Positions 14,366 to 27,300 of a stretch of 64,000 nucleotides of DNA are shown piece by piece. The notes under the pieces were generated by a model. The model saw nothing but the letters and a program-made list of their open reading frames with translations. It did not search any database and was not told the origin of the DNA. Source of the stretch: Glaucostegus cemiculus (Eukaryota); assembly GCA_976551045.1 (NCBI GenBank), contig CDPCPM010000010.1, positions 20,956,001 through 21,020,000 on the forward strand. The letters are read 5' to 3'. A program made the translations under genes and the position numbers. Each line of letters starts with the position of its first letter. Position 1 is the first letter of the stretch.

Positions 14366-15299
14366 GTATCATATAAAAAATGAAAATTTTACAAATGTCA
14401 AAGACAGTATAATCAAGTAGATGATTGTAAGTAGATGTTGTAATGTAACTATTAGAAGACACTTTAATGCTCCCTGTAACAAATAAAAGTTTAGCAAACC
14501 ATCCAATATGGAAGGAAGCCTTTTGGTCCATTATATCTGTTCAAGATCTAGTTATACTATATTTAATGTATGAAATCAAGACAAGTCACTTATTAATTGC
14601 AAAGTCAACTACTTGCATTACAGCCACAATCATTGATTTGGAACACAAGAATAAAATCCTTTACAATAATGATTCAGTTTACACTTATGATTCAGTTCTA
14701 AATTTGTTAAAATTGAATCATATTGCTGGGGAAAAAAATCATTAAGCAATCACAGAAAAGGAGAGGAACTAATGACAACCTTGTGGTAGTATTCTTATAT
14801 TTACAATATTACACTAATCTCACAAAGTTTAATCTTTGAAGGACAAATTTCACACAGGAAGAATGAAACACCAGTGTATAGCACATTAACCAGACCAACA
14901 AAAGCAAAAGCTTTAGTAACCTTTTCCCATTAAAAGAAAACAAACTTGTGCTGTCCAGAGTTATATTACCCATAAAATAAAATTAGCTATTGCGGATGGA
15001 TTAGTTATACAAGGTATTTTAATATAGAGTCGAAGTATTGTTTCCAAGGTTTAATAAATTCTACACAACGTTTTGGTTTTCACAACAAAACTCCTTAATT
15101 CAACAGGTTTGCAAAACACTGATTGCTCAAGGAAACAAACAAAGCTCCCGCGCTTGGAGGGCTATTTTTCGTTTGGATTGTGCAACTACATTTTGTAAAT
15201 AGCACTTACAGTGGGTGCTCCATTCGCAAAATACTGATTACACGAAGGGTCAATCTGCATGCATCTCTACCCCCCACCCCCCTCAAATCGTAAGGTTTT

Positions 15300-16250
15300 T
15301 TTTGTCGGCACGTTCAAAAATAAAAGCCCGAGGGACACTCCCTTTAAACGGCCATCGCGTGGTGTCGAAAGTAGGGAATCTCTCTTCAAAAGTGCGATTA
15401 CTGATTGTTTTGAAACAAACAGAAATTACCTGCTGGCTTCTTTCTGACGGTTTTTTCATCAAAACCTGCTTGAAATGCAGGTCCACGTAAGAAGTCATTA
15501 TCCCGGAGGAGTGAGCCGCGGGCTCCCTCACCACATGAAACCAAAGTCTCCGGGAGCGGCGAGACTCGGCTCCCAATGAAAGAGGAGAGAGGAGGTGGGG
15601 GGGAGAAAAAGGGGGAGATCTCACTGGGAAAGCCGCCTTCAATGGAGTTTGTGTTAAATATCCTCCCGGCCGCCGCCTCTCCGCTCCGGCGACTGTCAAA
15701 GTTCACCAGCCGAGCAAGGGACCGGGGCACAATCCAGATTGCGGCCCCCGCTGCCGCACATTTCTAACGGCGACCGACTCCCCCCCCTCCCCCCGGAGCC
15801 ACGGTTCACCTTCCGATTCCCACGCGTCGGGAGCAGAGAAAAAACCCGCCCGCTTCTGCCTGTGACCTTCGGGGAAAGTTTCTGCCCGACGACTTCACTC
15901 CACGGGGCGGGCTACATAACCTGGCGAGGGGCGTGCACCAGGCCCGCCGCGGCTCCTCCACACGCTCGCCCTCCGCCGCCCTGTCAAACTCCGGCGACAA
16001 ACTTCAGGCGCCGCCAACACGCGCAATGCGCACTCCGGGACTTCGCCTCCTGTCAATCAAGCTGCAAGCGATGGCGGTGCCCGCCACCACCTCGCACCGC
16101 ACTCTCTGGTCAACTAACTCTCTCTCTCTCTGTGCACTTTTTATTTCCTCTCTCTCTCTGCCCTTCCCGGCCTGCCGTGGCAGTTATGTGCAGGAGTGTG
16201 TGCTCCACGCCTATTAGACTGCTTGCTGCCCTGTATCAGCGGTAGTAAAA
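15300..16250. promoter_or_regulatory. CpG-island promoter of RAPGEF6
   Basis: Sharp GC/CpG enrichment. GC box GGGGCGGG at ~15904, NRF1-like GCGCAATGCGCA at 16021-16032, PBX/PREP-MEIS decamer TGATTGACAG (minus) at 16050-16059, and further CTGTCA sites at ~15693 and ~15981. Confidence 0.85.
15430..15498 (-). CDS. RAPGEF6: RAPGEF6 (PDZ-GEF2) first coding exon, MTSYVDLHFKQVLMKKPSERSQQ
   Basis: ATG at 15498, 23 codons, CAG|gtaatt donor. Resembles the RAPGEF2/6 N-terminus (MASYVDNSFRQAVMKNPPERTPQ). Assigned to RAPGEF6 from the conserved FNIP1-RAPGEF6 tandem synteny. Exon 2 was not recognised in 1-15429. Confidence 0.85.
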
Positions 16251-16790
16251 ACAGAATATGCTGTAATTGTTCAGCACGTCAGCTAGCATCTGTGAAGAGA
16301 GAAACGGAGGAAATGATTCAGGTCGATCACCTTTCATCAGAAGTTGGAAGATTAGAAATCAATATTTTTAACTTGCACATAAGGGGTTGGGGTAAATAGG
16401 ATAAAAGGAATGTGTGCAATAAGGGTGGAGACCACGAGAAGTTGAATGGAGGTTGGTGGGGGTGGGACAACTCAGTCTGGTGAAAGCTTTGTTAATCGCA
16501 ACCGATCTGCCTAGAGTATTTGTAACGATTGACAAGAGGAGGAAAAAATATATAAACTGTGCCGGAACTGTGAAATTTCACATACCACAGTTACAGGAAA
16601 TCCAAAATAGAAGATAATCTGAATCTTTTAAAATCTACATTGAATCATGTGCACTGCGTTGTGCTGAATCAGAAGATAAGACGCTCTTCCTCAAATTCAC
16701 GTTGGGTCTCGTTGGAATATATTAAGAGATCAAAGACGGAAAAATCAGAATGGGAGTGGAATGGAGGATTAAAGTGAATTGTAGCAGCTG
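16245..16790 (-). mobile_element. Ancient Penelope-like element (ORF C-terminus plus pseudo-LTR) at the CpG-island edge
   Basis: Minus translation HFNPPFHSHSDFSVFDLL..SNETQREFEEERLIF matches the C-terminus of the 33859 GIY-YIG ORF. CTGATGA...GAAT core at ~16314-16340. Confidence 0.65.
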
Positions 16791-17974
16791 TTCCTCTTTT
16801 GCTATTGATTCAGTAAATTAGCTGGGGTCCTTAGTGCCCCTGCCCTCTACTTAGTTTGTCCCCCCCCCCCCCCCCCCCCAGTCTAGCAAAAGAAATATCT
16901 CCTGAGTAGTGCAATGTAACAGATGGGATTATAGGCAACAAGTAAGTGCGTTTCCAAGCTAACGTTCTCACAATACTCTGCAAAGTCTTAAAACGTGTGC
17001 TTTCATTTACATTTGAATGTTTAGGTGTATTTTTTAGACTTTTTTTAAACGCACCAAGTATGTTTTGTGGTTACGCAGCAAGTTAAAACATTAGCATGTG
17101 GCTTAGAAAGTGGCTCGTTATAAGGTCACAGCTGCAAGCCAATGAATTGCTGGCAGCAAACACTTCATTTTCACAAAGTAGCTGGTAAAATTTGACTTGA
17201 AATTTGTACATTTTGATTTTGCGATGTGATCTGTTTTGACGTTCTTGCTGACCTAGAGATCGTGCAAGGCATTTAGTAACCAGACGTAGCGTAAAAATAT
17301 CTGAAGTGGGTACCCCAAAAATAGTAGTTCGGGAAACAACTTGATAATGTATACCGTTAACTAATTAAAACTAAAGAGCAGCAGGAAACAGGCTTGTTCT
17401 AAACTGCGGCATGACCAAACATTTGGTCACCGTTATTAAAGCAAATAGTGGTGAATTTAGAAAGTCATAAAATGGTATAATACAGAAACGGGTCCTTCAG
17501 CTCCCCAAATCTATGCCGACATGAGGACCGTGTGCTTCTATGATAGAAAGCACTGATGGCATAATATTTATTTACCAGTTCGGTTTTGGAATATGTGTTC
17601 CAAACTTCTATCCCCTTACAATTAAATGTTTTTGTTTTGGATCCCAATTTGCAGTACACTTCTTCCAGGATACTTGTACTGAGAAAGGGGAAACCGGTAA
17701 GTCTTCAAACAACAAATCCCAATGTAAGCTACTTGAGGTGACCAGATAGTTATCTTCCATGAGATTTCAATAGTATTTTGCACTTGTTTCTCCTCCCTTT
17801 TGGGAATCTTGGTGCAGAGCAAGCCATGGTTCTAGATGAGAGGAGGAGGACTAAATGAGGTCAATTCATGACCCATTAGGACTTTTACCAGAAGAGTGGA
17901 TAATGTTAGAATCAGACATTAAGAAGTGCTATCAGTGAATTTGGAGAAATAGTACCAGAATCGGATAGAATCGA

Positions 17975-19415
17975 CATTGGTAATTGGTTTATTATTATCA
18001 CCAAGATACAGTGGAAAAACTTAGTTTTGCTTACCATTCATGCAGGTAATTCCAAACAAGTACATTGAGGTAGTATAAGGGGAAAGGCAATAACAAAGCA
18101 GAATATCGTATTGATGTTACAGAGAAAGTGCAGGTGGACAAATAAGGTGCAAAGGCCACAACAAGGTAGGCTGAGAGATCAAAAGTTCATCTTTATTGTA
18201 GAAGAGATCCATTCAAGAGACTTAGAAACAGTGGGATCGAAGCCGTCCTTCAGCCTGTTGGTGTGTGTTTTCAAGCTTTTGTATCTTTTACCTGATGGAA
18301 GGGGGGAATTCACTCTCCACTCTGCTTCAGAGCACCTAGACAACAGCAAAACATGCATCAGGCTACTGTTTATTGAATACAGCTCAGTGTTCAATACCAT
18401 CATCCCCTCAGTACTAATAACCAAGCTTCAAAACCTGGGCCTCTATACCCCCCTCTGCAATTGGATCCTCAACTTGTAGGGAAACCACAGTCAGTGCAGA
18501 TCGGTAACAACATTTCCTCCTCACTGACTGTCAACACAAGCGCACCTCAAGGATGCATGCTCAGACCACCGCTTTACTCTCTCTGCACTCATGACTGTAT
18601 GGTTAAGCATAGCTCAAACACCATCTATAAATTTACCGATGACACCACTGTTGTTGGTGGAATCTCAGATGGCGATGAGGCTTACAGAAGTGAGATGGAT
18701 CAGCTGGTTGAGTGGTGATACAGCAACAACCTCTCACTCAATGTCAGTAAGACCAAGGAACTGATGGTGTACTTCATGAAGGGGAAGACTGGAGAGCATT
18801 CACCAGTCCTCCATTGACGGGTCAGCAGTGGTAAGGGTGGGCATCAAGTTGCTGGGCAGCGGCATTCTCAGAGGATCTATCCAGGGCCCAACACATTGAT
18901 GCAATCATGAAAAAGGCATGCCAGTGACTACTTTGTTAGGAGTTTGATGGGATTTGATATGTCACCAAAGACTCTTGCATATTTCTATAGATGTATGGTG
19001 GAGAGCATCCTGACTGGTTGTATCACAGCCTGGTATGATGCCTCCAATGCATGGGATTATAAGAGGCTGCAGTGGGTTATGGACTCGGCCAGCTCCACCG
19101 CGGGCACAACCCTCCCCACAATTGAGGACATTTTCAAGAGGCAATGCCTCAGGAAGGTGGCATCAATCATTAAGGACCCTCACCATCTGGAACATGCCCT
19201 CTTCTCATTACTACCATCAGGGAGGAGGTACAGGAGCCAGAATACCCACACTCAATGATTCAGGAACAGCTTCTTCCCCTCCATCAAATTTCTGATGATC
19301 AATAAACACTTTTTTGCACAATTTTTGTGATTTATAGATTTTTGTCTTTGCTCTGTACTCCTGCTGCAAAACAAATTTCATGCCATATGTTAGTGATAAT
19401 AAATCTGATTCTGAA
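17975..19415. mobile_element. Rex1-type LINE fragments: minus 3' end (17975-18300) abutting a plus RT-to-tail copy (18310-19415)
   Basis: ORFs 18111, 18461 and 18944 (APQGC.L.P.LYSL.THDC..KFTDDTTVVG; FYRCMVESILTGCITAWY; LPSGRRYRS) and tail AATAAATCTGATTCTG. Confidence 0.85.
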
Positions 19416-20389
19416 TACAAGAATAAAGATTGGATTTTAGAGCATCCTGGAATACTGTCTTCTGGTCTGGTTCCCCTGCTTAAGTAAGGGAGTGCATGGA
19501 AGATTTACTGATAACCAAGCTTCAAAACCTGGACTTCTGTACCTCCCTTTGCAGTTGGATCGTCTGTAGGGAGATTGCAGTTGGTGCAGATCGGTAATAA
19601 CATCTCCTCACTGACTGTCAACACAAGTGCACCTCAAGGATGCATACTCAGCTCACTGCTAAGGAAGTGGAGGAGGGGGGGGAGTGGGCAAACTGGGCTA
19701 CTACTCTGTAGAGTTAAGGGAGGAGTGGTAATCTCATTAAAACATTCAAATTCTTATGGGGCTTGACAGGGCAGGTAGAGACAATGTTTCAAGTGGTACT
19801 GGTTTCTAGAGAACCAGGAGACTGAATGAGAAGAATCTACTGCAGAGTGTAGTGAATCTTTGGAATTCTGCAATGCATGCAAATTATGGGGACTCAGCTG
19901 CTGAACATTTTCAGCTCTGATATCTTGAGTTTAATGCAGGAGAGTGATGCTGAGATAAAAGGTCAGCCATGTTCTGATTGACAGAGCAGGAATGAGGGGA
20001 CCACTCCTATTTCACATGCTCTTATTTTTATAGTACTGATCATTGACTGCCCTTGCCCCTCTAAAAAAGACACTTTGTAATGTGGTCATGAACCATTTTA
20101 ATGCAAAATTGGGCAAGATCTATAATAAGTTGACAATTTGCTACTCCGTTTTATTCAGGACATGTTCACTTAATTACTTAATAGCACTCTTCAAAGGGTT
20201 AAAGCATAAATAGCATGTACACTTCACACAGGCACACCAAGCAGAGTTAATGACTCTAGCCAGTGTTTAACTTTGCACATCTACTATAAATAGAACACTT
20301 GCTGATAGCAGTAGTTTCAGTGAGCAGCATGTGTTGCAATTAACATAAGTCATGCATGTCTGCATCATGTCATGTATTTAGTATAAACC

Positions 20390-20935
20390 ATTAGTTGGGT
20401 TTATTAAAACTTTGGTTAGGCTACATTTGGAGTATTGGGTGCAGTTCTGATCGCTGCATTACAGGAAGGCTTAGGTGAGGATGCAGAAGAGGTTCACCAT
20501 GATGTGTGGATGAGAGAGGAGAGATTGGACAAACTTGCATTGTTTTCTCTGGAGTATTAGAGGCTGAAGGGTAACATGATTTTTTTTTTAAACTATGCTA
20601 TTATGAGAGGCATAGATAGGGTCTTACTTCCAGGATGAAAATGCCAAATACTGGAGGACATAGCTTTAAGGTGAATAGGGGAAAGTTTAAAGGAGGGTTA
20701 CAAGCAAGTTTTTTTTTAGAGGGTGGTAGGTGTCCAGAACATGCTGCTAGGGGAAGTGGTGAAAGCAGGTGCGAAAGCAACATTTAAGAGGCATTTAGAC
20801 AGACACCTGAACAGGCAGGGAATGGAGGGATACACACTATATGCGGGCAGATGTGCAGTTTTAATTGGTGTCATAATCAGCATAAACATCATGGGCCAAA
20901 GGTCCTGTTGCTGTTTTATATTGTGTGTTCTGTTA
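20390..20935 (+). mobile_element. CR1/HER1-type LINE 3' fragment
   Basis: LVRLHLEYWVQF and FKRHLDRHLNRQGMEGY. Confidence 0.8.
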
Positions 20936-22695
20936 ATGGACTTTGACATGATTAGTAGTCTGTAATTCTTTTGTTAACAAAGAAATATTTACAGAAAAAA
21001 ACTAGATAGGGGAAATAAAAACTGAGTATTATGACTTCAGCAGAGACCTGTAGAGATCATGGAATATGATGAAATCTGCATTTACCTCACTCTTCTGGGA
21101 CTCCTCCTGCTACTTGCTCATATTGCTACAGTTGCCTAGGAGAATGTGTGTGCAAAGTTGGCCCATTTTTACCTGGTACTTTCGGAGCTGGGTGAAAACA
21201 TCAATGCAGATTGGAAAGAATTTTGCCACCTTGAGCCAGCACCCACCAAGAATGATTAAAATATAATGGAAGCAAGCTTACAACTTCACCTGTGATTTTT
21301 CCAACAATATCCCTGACAGGGCAATCTATTACTCAAAGTGCAAATTTCTTCCACTTTACATGTTATTAAATGAAATTTGTTGAACAATTTTAAAGCATGA
21401 GACATAAGCATAACAGGCCATCTGGCCCATCAAACCTACTCCAATTTTCTGCCATTTTTCATGCTGCTAATTGTACATAATTAGGAGCCTTGTTGCCACC
21501 TTATTTCAGTCCTCTTGCATTCTTCTCAACCAGCAAAAGAGGTTTTTGTTTTGTAGTACAAGCTATATTTAAATGTTACTAACTGAAGTGAAAATGTAAT
21601 ACATTAATTCAAACTCCCAAAGTATATTTTCATTTTTTCCCAAAACATGATTTAGGGATCAACCTCAACTGATTTTATTGGATTAAATTAACTCATTGTG
21701 AAGTATTTAGCCATAGAGATCAATGCCTGGTGGTTGCTGTTAGCTAAACTCAGCAGGAGCAGTAGCAGTAGTTTTAAGGAAATAAAACGATGCCCCTCTT
21801 CACAAGGAATCACTTTTCAGTAATATCTGCTGAAATGTGCTTATCTATGGAACCATGGGGGAAAAGAGAGTTTGACTATAATACCCACTAACATCTGAGC
21901 TTGTGCTTTAAAACTGACCACGTGAAAAAGTTGAAAAAGACCTTGTAGAGAGAACAGGCTAGACAAAAACAATTAGTTCAGCAGTTTAAAAAGCTGCAGC
22001 TACATTCAGTACAGTTTTTCAACACATATCAGTATTTCACACCTGATACTGATTTCACCAATTTAGGCTGACAATTCTATTCCTATTTACACCTCCTCTA
22101 TCCACCCATAACACCCATCCTTTGTTTACTCAGTTACACCTATCCTTTGTTTCTTTACTTGTCCTATTACCACCCACTTTTTCCATGCACCATCATCATT
22201 GTTATTTAATGATCCTGCTATTTCTACTTGCATCTTAAAACTTGCTTTTAATGTTCTGACTTGTCAGTTAATTACTTTACTTCATCTTAACTTGGCTTCT
22301 CTGCAAATGGTGCCCGATTTGCTGAATATTTCCAGCATTTTCTTTTTGCATTTTGGATTTCCAGTTTCCACTGCATCTATTTGATAATGCTGACATTGAA
22401 CAGAGAACCACAGAAAGGCCATGGATGTGGTGGTTTTTGTCAATCTTGATGGCAGTGCCTCATTTGCACTAATCCAAAAGCAAAATATAGCAGATGCTGG
22501 AAATTTGAACTGAAATGGAGGAAGCTGTATATACTCACTAGAATAGGTAGCATCTGTGTAGATCTTGTATATCTTGTAGCTGCATCTACTGCCTGGCAGA
22601 CAGTAACAGGAGATCACAGTCAGGGAACCATGTGGCATACATTCATGATATAAACAATAATATGGGCTAAAGATTGTTTTAGATAGTTTTGATGC

Positions 22696-25100
22696 GTCAG
22701 ATGCTGGTCCACTAACATTACGGCCCTCACGAAGAAAGCTCAGAAACGCCTCTACTTCCTGCGGAGACTGAGGAAAGCGAACTCCCATCCCTCCGTTATG
22801 AAAACCTTCTATAGAGGGACCATTGAGAGCATCCTAACCCAATGTATCACTGTTTGGTTTGGAAGCTGCTCAGCTGCTGGGCGGAAGTCCCTCCAGAGGA
22901 TAGTTAGGGCTGCGGAGAGGATCATAGGTGTCTCGCTTCCATCCCTCGCAGACATATACAAAGACCGTTGTGTGAGGAAGACCAAAAGCATAATGGCCGA
23001 CCCTTCTCACCCCTCCCATCACCTCTTTACAATTTTGCCATCGGGGAGGAGGCTTAAATGTATCAGGGCAAGAACGACCAGGCTGAACAATAGCTTCTTT
23101 CCGCAAGCCATCAGAACTGCAAACTCTCTCATCCCTCCATCTTCCTTTGTTAACACTAAGAGATACTAGGTGCACAGAAATGCCCCAGCACTTTAAATGC
23201 CTGCCACCAGCCCGTTCACTTTAATAACTATTTATTTATTTACCGGCCATTTTTAATTTAGTCTGCGTATTAATTTAATTTTAACTTCCGTAGTTTTTAA
23301 TGTTTAATGTTTTTTAATGTTTATTCTGTTAAGTGTGTCTGTGTGTCTCTGTTGGTTGTTATTTAATGGGACGAGCACCTGAGGAGGACGGTATCTCGCT
23401 CCTATGCATACTATGTATGTATATGGTTGTGACAATAAAACTGATTCTGATTCTGAATTCCCACTCTGGACATTCTTATTCTCATGACAGTTCCGAATCA
23501 GTTTTATTGTCACTTCCATATACACATTCAGCATGCATGGGAGCGAAATACCATACTCCATAGATCAAGGTGCTGGTCACATTAAAAACAATGAGAGATG
23601 CAAAGACAGAAAGAATCAGAATCAGTTTTATTGTCACAACCATATACATACATAGTATGCATAGGAGCGAGATAGCATCCTCCTCAGGTGCTCGTCCCAT
23701 TAAATAACAAACAGCAGAGACACACAGACACACTGAACAAAAAAAACATTAAAAACTACAGAAGTTTAAATTAAATAAAATACGGTAGGTTAAATTAAAT
23801 ATGGCCAGTAATTAAATAAATAGTTATTAAAGTGAGCGGGCTGGTGGCAGGCATTTAAAGTGCTGGTGCATTTCTGTGCACCTAGCATCTCTTAGTGTTA
23901 ACAAGGAAGATGGAGACATTAACTACATTAGAACTGCAAAAATTAAAAGAGACTCAAATAAAAACATTCTTAGAATGAATGTACTGATGCAGCAGTCATT
24001 GGACATTTAAAGTGCTGGTGCATTTTTATACACATCCTTTGGTGTTGGCTGGAGGGATGAAGGAGTTCATGGTTCTGATTGCTTGTGTGGGGGGGGGAGC
24101 TATTGCACAGGCTGGTAGTCCTTGCCAGGATGCACTGGAGCCTTCTTCTGGATGGCAAGAGTACATAGGTGATAGGAGGGGTGAGAAGGGTCAGACATTA
24201 TGTTTGTGGCCTTTCTGACACATCGGTCCATATATATGTCTGCAATAGAGGGTAGAGAGACACCTATAATCTTCTCTGCAGCTCTCACTATTCTCTGCAG
24301 GGACTTCTATCCAGCAGCTGAGCAGCTCCCATACAAGATGGTGATGCAGTGTGTCAGGGTGCTCTCAATGTTTCCTCCGTAGAACATTTTCATGAGAGAT
24401 CCTGCAGATGCTGGAATCTGAAGCAATACACAAAAAGGGCTGGAGGAACTCAGCAGGTCAGACAGCATCCATGGAGGGAAATAAACAGTTGCCTTTTCGG
24501 GCCGAGACCCTTCATCGGGGCAGATTTCCTAATTCCTGTTTTACTTCCTCTTTCATCCTTTAAATTGATCTTTAGAATTTGCTGCTTTGTTCTGCTGCAA
24601 TACCCCTGTGTCCTCCACTGCCAGATTTTGTTGGATAATAATACTCCTGTGAATTTCAGAACCTTGGGACAGTTTACTACATTAAATGTGCAACATAACT
24701 TGAATTGTTGTGACATTTGTAGTTTTTTTTTTGCAAGCCAATTTCTAAGTTCAACACACACTAGTTCAGGATCAAATAGTTTATAATCCCATTTGAGTCA
24801 CTAGTTTGTATTATTTCAAATGATTTTAATGATTACCTGGCCTTCTAAGTGAGAGTAGATATCTGTGGCTCGAAATTCATTCCCATCCACTATGCTCAAT
24901 CAGAATCAGAATCAGAATCAGTTTTATTGTCACAACCATATACATACATGGTACGCATAGGAGCGAGATACCGTCCTCCTCAGGAACACGTCTCATAGAA
25001 AAGAATAACATAACAACCAACAGAGAGACACATACACACTTGGCAGAATACACAGTACAAAACATTACTCATTAGTTCTTACATAAATAGTTCTTACAAT
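22696..25100. mobile_element. Cluster of Rex1-type 3' ends: + 22696-23460; - 23490-23600; - 23612-23915; - 23960-24392; - 24896-25100; pseudo-LTR at 24398-24520
   Basis: ORF 22798..23169 is near-identical to 49180-49550. Shared 3'UTR ending GTGACAATAAAACTGATTCTGATTCTG. Confidence 0.88.
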
Positions 25101-25539
25101 GCACTGTATGGTCTCACCAGGGCATTCCATTCTGCCTACTATTCATTCTTTGATTTGTTTTTAGCATTAATATAACTTTAGTATGCATTTAGTGGTACTG
25201 AATGGAATTGAATTTCTCAGGCAGGTGAATGATTCACTATTATTTCTATCAAAAGTATTCCCCATGTGACATTTTTGTTATTCACTAAATTGTAATTAAT
25301 TATGATCCCTGAAGCTAGAAAAGTCACATGTCATGTGTCAGTGATAAATCTGATTCTGAAGTAGTAAAAGAAATTGCCCTTTGTGTATAGATGAGTGATA
25401 GAATCTGGGGGTGGATTGTTGGGAATATAGGGTAAATGAAATGACCACAGTGGGATTAGTGTGAAATGGGTGCTTGATTGTCAGCATGGATTTGAAAGGC
25501 ACAAGGGCCTGTTTCCAAGTTGCATCTCTCTGTGACCAT

Positions 25540-25820
25540 CATTGATTACTTATTCATTACATCAAGCACTAATTGCATTTCCTCTTACTGAGCAACTTGT
25601 GGGGTAGTTTATCCTGTCTGGGACTGTATTATTGATTTACATGTGTTCTTGAGTGTTTGAATGTAAGACTTCCTTGACCTTGTTAACTCTGGTCTGAGCC
25701 CTTTTGACCTAATTAAGCTTGCACGCAAGCATCCAGACTTGTGTCAGCTCAAATTCTTATTCACTGGGCTGCTATGATAATAAAGTGACTTAACCATTTT
25801 CTAGCATCTCCTTACTAACA
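25540..25820 (-). repeat. 3' LTR remnant of the provirus
   Basis: Shares TATTCATTACATCA, ATGTAAGACTT, TTAACTCTGGTCTGAG, TTAAGCTTG and GCTCAAAT with the right LTR. Ends ...CTAACA (TG on minus). Left part is lost next to a SINE tail at ~25380-25535. Confidence 0.65.
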
Positions 25821-26729
25821 CATGTTGTTTTGTACAGTTTGTCCCTGTTTGCAGCTTGATTTTCCAGAATATTAATTTTAACCTACTTTTTAAATATTTG
25901 TTAGTCACATGTACATCAAAACACACAGAAAATGTGTCCTTTTGTGTTTAACAACCAATGCCGTCTGAGAATGTGCTGGGGGTAACCCACAAGTGTTCCC
26001 TCCTGTCTTGTACCTGGCACACTAGCCTTGGCAAATCCTGAGTTCCCTGTCCTTTGGTGTTAATCAGGCACATGGATTGAGGGACACGGGCTCATCCAAC
26101 AATCGCAGATTTGATACTAATAACAACCTACTCTTCCTTGTTTTGCCTCTTATACACAGTGTGTACTGCAATTCCACAGCTGACAGCTAAAATTAACTAA
26201 CACTACCAAGACATGGGAAATAATTTGGATCTAGGGATGGATCTCACTACCCCCAAATTCCACAGTTATTCTCATGAAGTTTTAGATCATGTCCCATATT
26301 CTTTAAATCCATCAGGTTTTATTTCAAAATATGGTATCACTGTCAGGACAGTCCCCATGTTCCATGGCCATTTGGGTTATGGCAATTTACCCTTGCAGAA
26401 TTTGCAAACTACTCCACAAAGTTTTGAGGTGCAGAATAAGATTTGCTCTTGTGTAACTTGCAGGGAAGAAAAAGTAAATAAATAAAGACAATTTTGTTGA
26501 TAGTGATGATGTGGCTTTGCATTATGGAGAACTGCAATACAACCTGTTTTCTAGGAACACAGCCCCCTCTTGATTTGGGAATCATCAGTACTACCCTGCC
26601 TGAAATCTCACTTTTTTTTGTTAGTGTCCCAGCGGCTAGGGAATAGGATGCCCTACATGATCTTCATACTGATCCAAATTCTTGCTCAATTGATCAGTGG
26701 TGTTTATATTGACCTGCTTTCTAAATTCT

Positions 26730-27300
26730 ATGTGTTGGTAAATTGGTTTATTATTATCACATGTACTCCCATGCCATCCATACAGATAGTTTCATCACAT
26801 CAGTATATTGAGGTAATACAAGGAATAACAAAAACAATGCAAAATAAAGTGTTACAGTTGCAGAAAAAGTGCAGGCACACAAGGTGCAAGGTCATAACAA
26901 GGTAGGTTGTGAGGTCAAGAGTCCATCTTAACACACTAGGGAACTGTGCAATAGTCTCGTAGCAGTGGGATAGAAACTGTCCATGAGTCTGGTATGTGCT
27001 TTCAGGCTTTTGTATATTCTGCCCGATTTGTGGGGTGGGTGGTTGGGGAGGAAGAAAGAATATCTGAGATGGGGGAGGGCCTTTGATTATGTTTGCTGCT
27101 TTATCAAGGCTACAGGAGGTAAAGACCGAGTCTATGGAGGGGAGGCTGGTTTCCATGATGTGCTGAGCTGTGTCCTCAACTCTTTGCAGTTTCTTGTGGT
27201 CTCAGACAAAGCAGTTGCCATACCAAGCCATGATGCATATGGATAGGATGCTTTCTGTGGTGCATCAATAAAAGAATTGATGAGGGTCAAAGGGTATATG
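26730..27300 (-). mobile_element. Rex1-type LINE 3' end inserted in the provirus env region
   Basis: ETSLPSIDSVFTSCSLDKAANIIK and tail TACATGTGATAATAATAAACC. Confidence 0.8.

Noticed and set aside
1-15429. RAPGEF6 exon 2 (DLxxxYSYLHGME...LREHQLR)
   Set aside because: No matching minus-strand segment was recognised; it probably lies beyond the window.
15576-16399. Long ORFs across the CpG island (e.g. 15739..16245, 168 aa)
   Set aside because: Pro/Arg/Ala-rich overlapping frames are expected from high GC content, with no recognisable domain.
23440-24920. Repeated GATTCT/AGAATC units and recurring pseudo-LTR motifs as a CRISPR-like array
   Set aside because: They are LINE 3' tail microsatellites and dispersed TE copies with no regular repeat-spacer period, in eukaryotic DNA.
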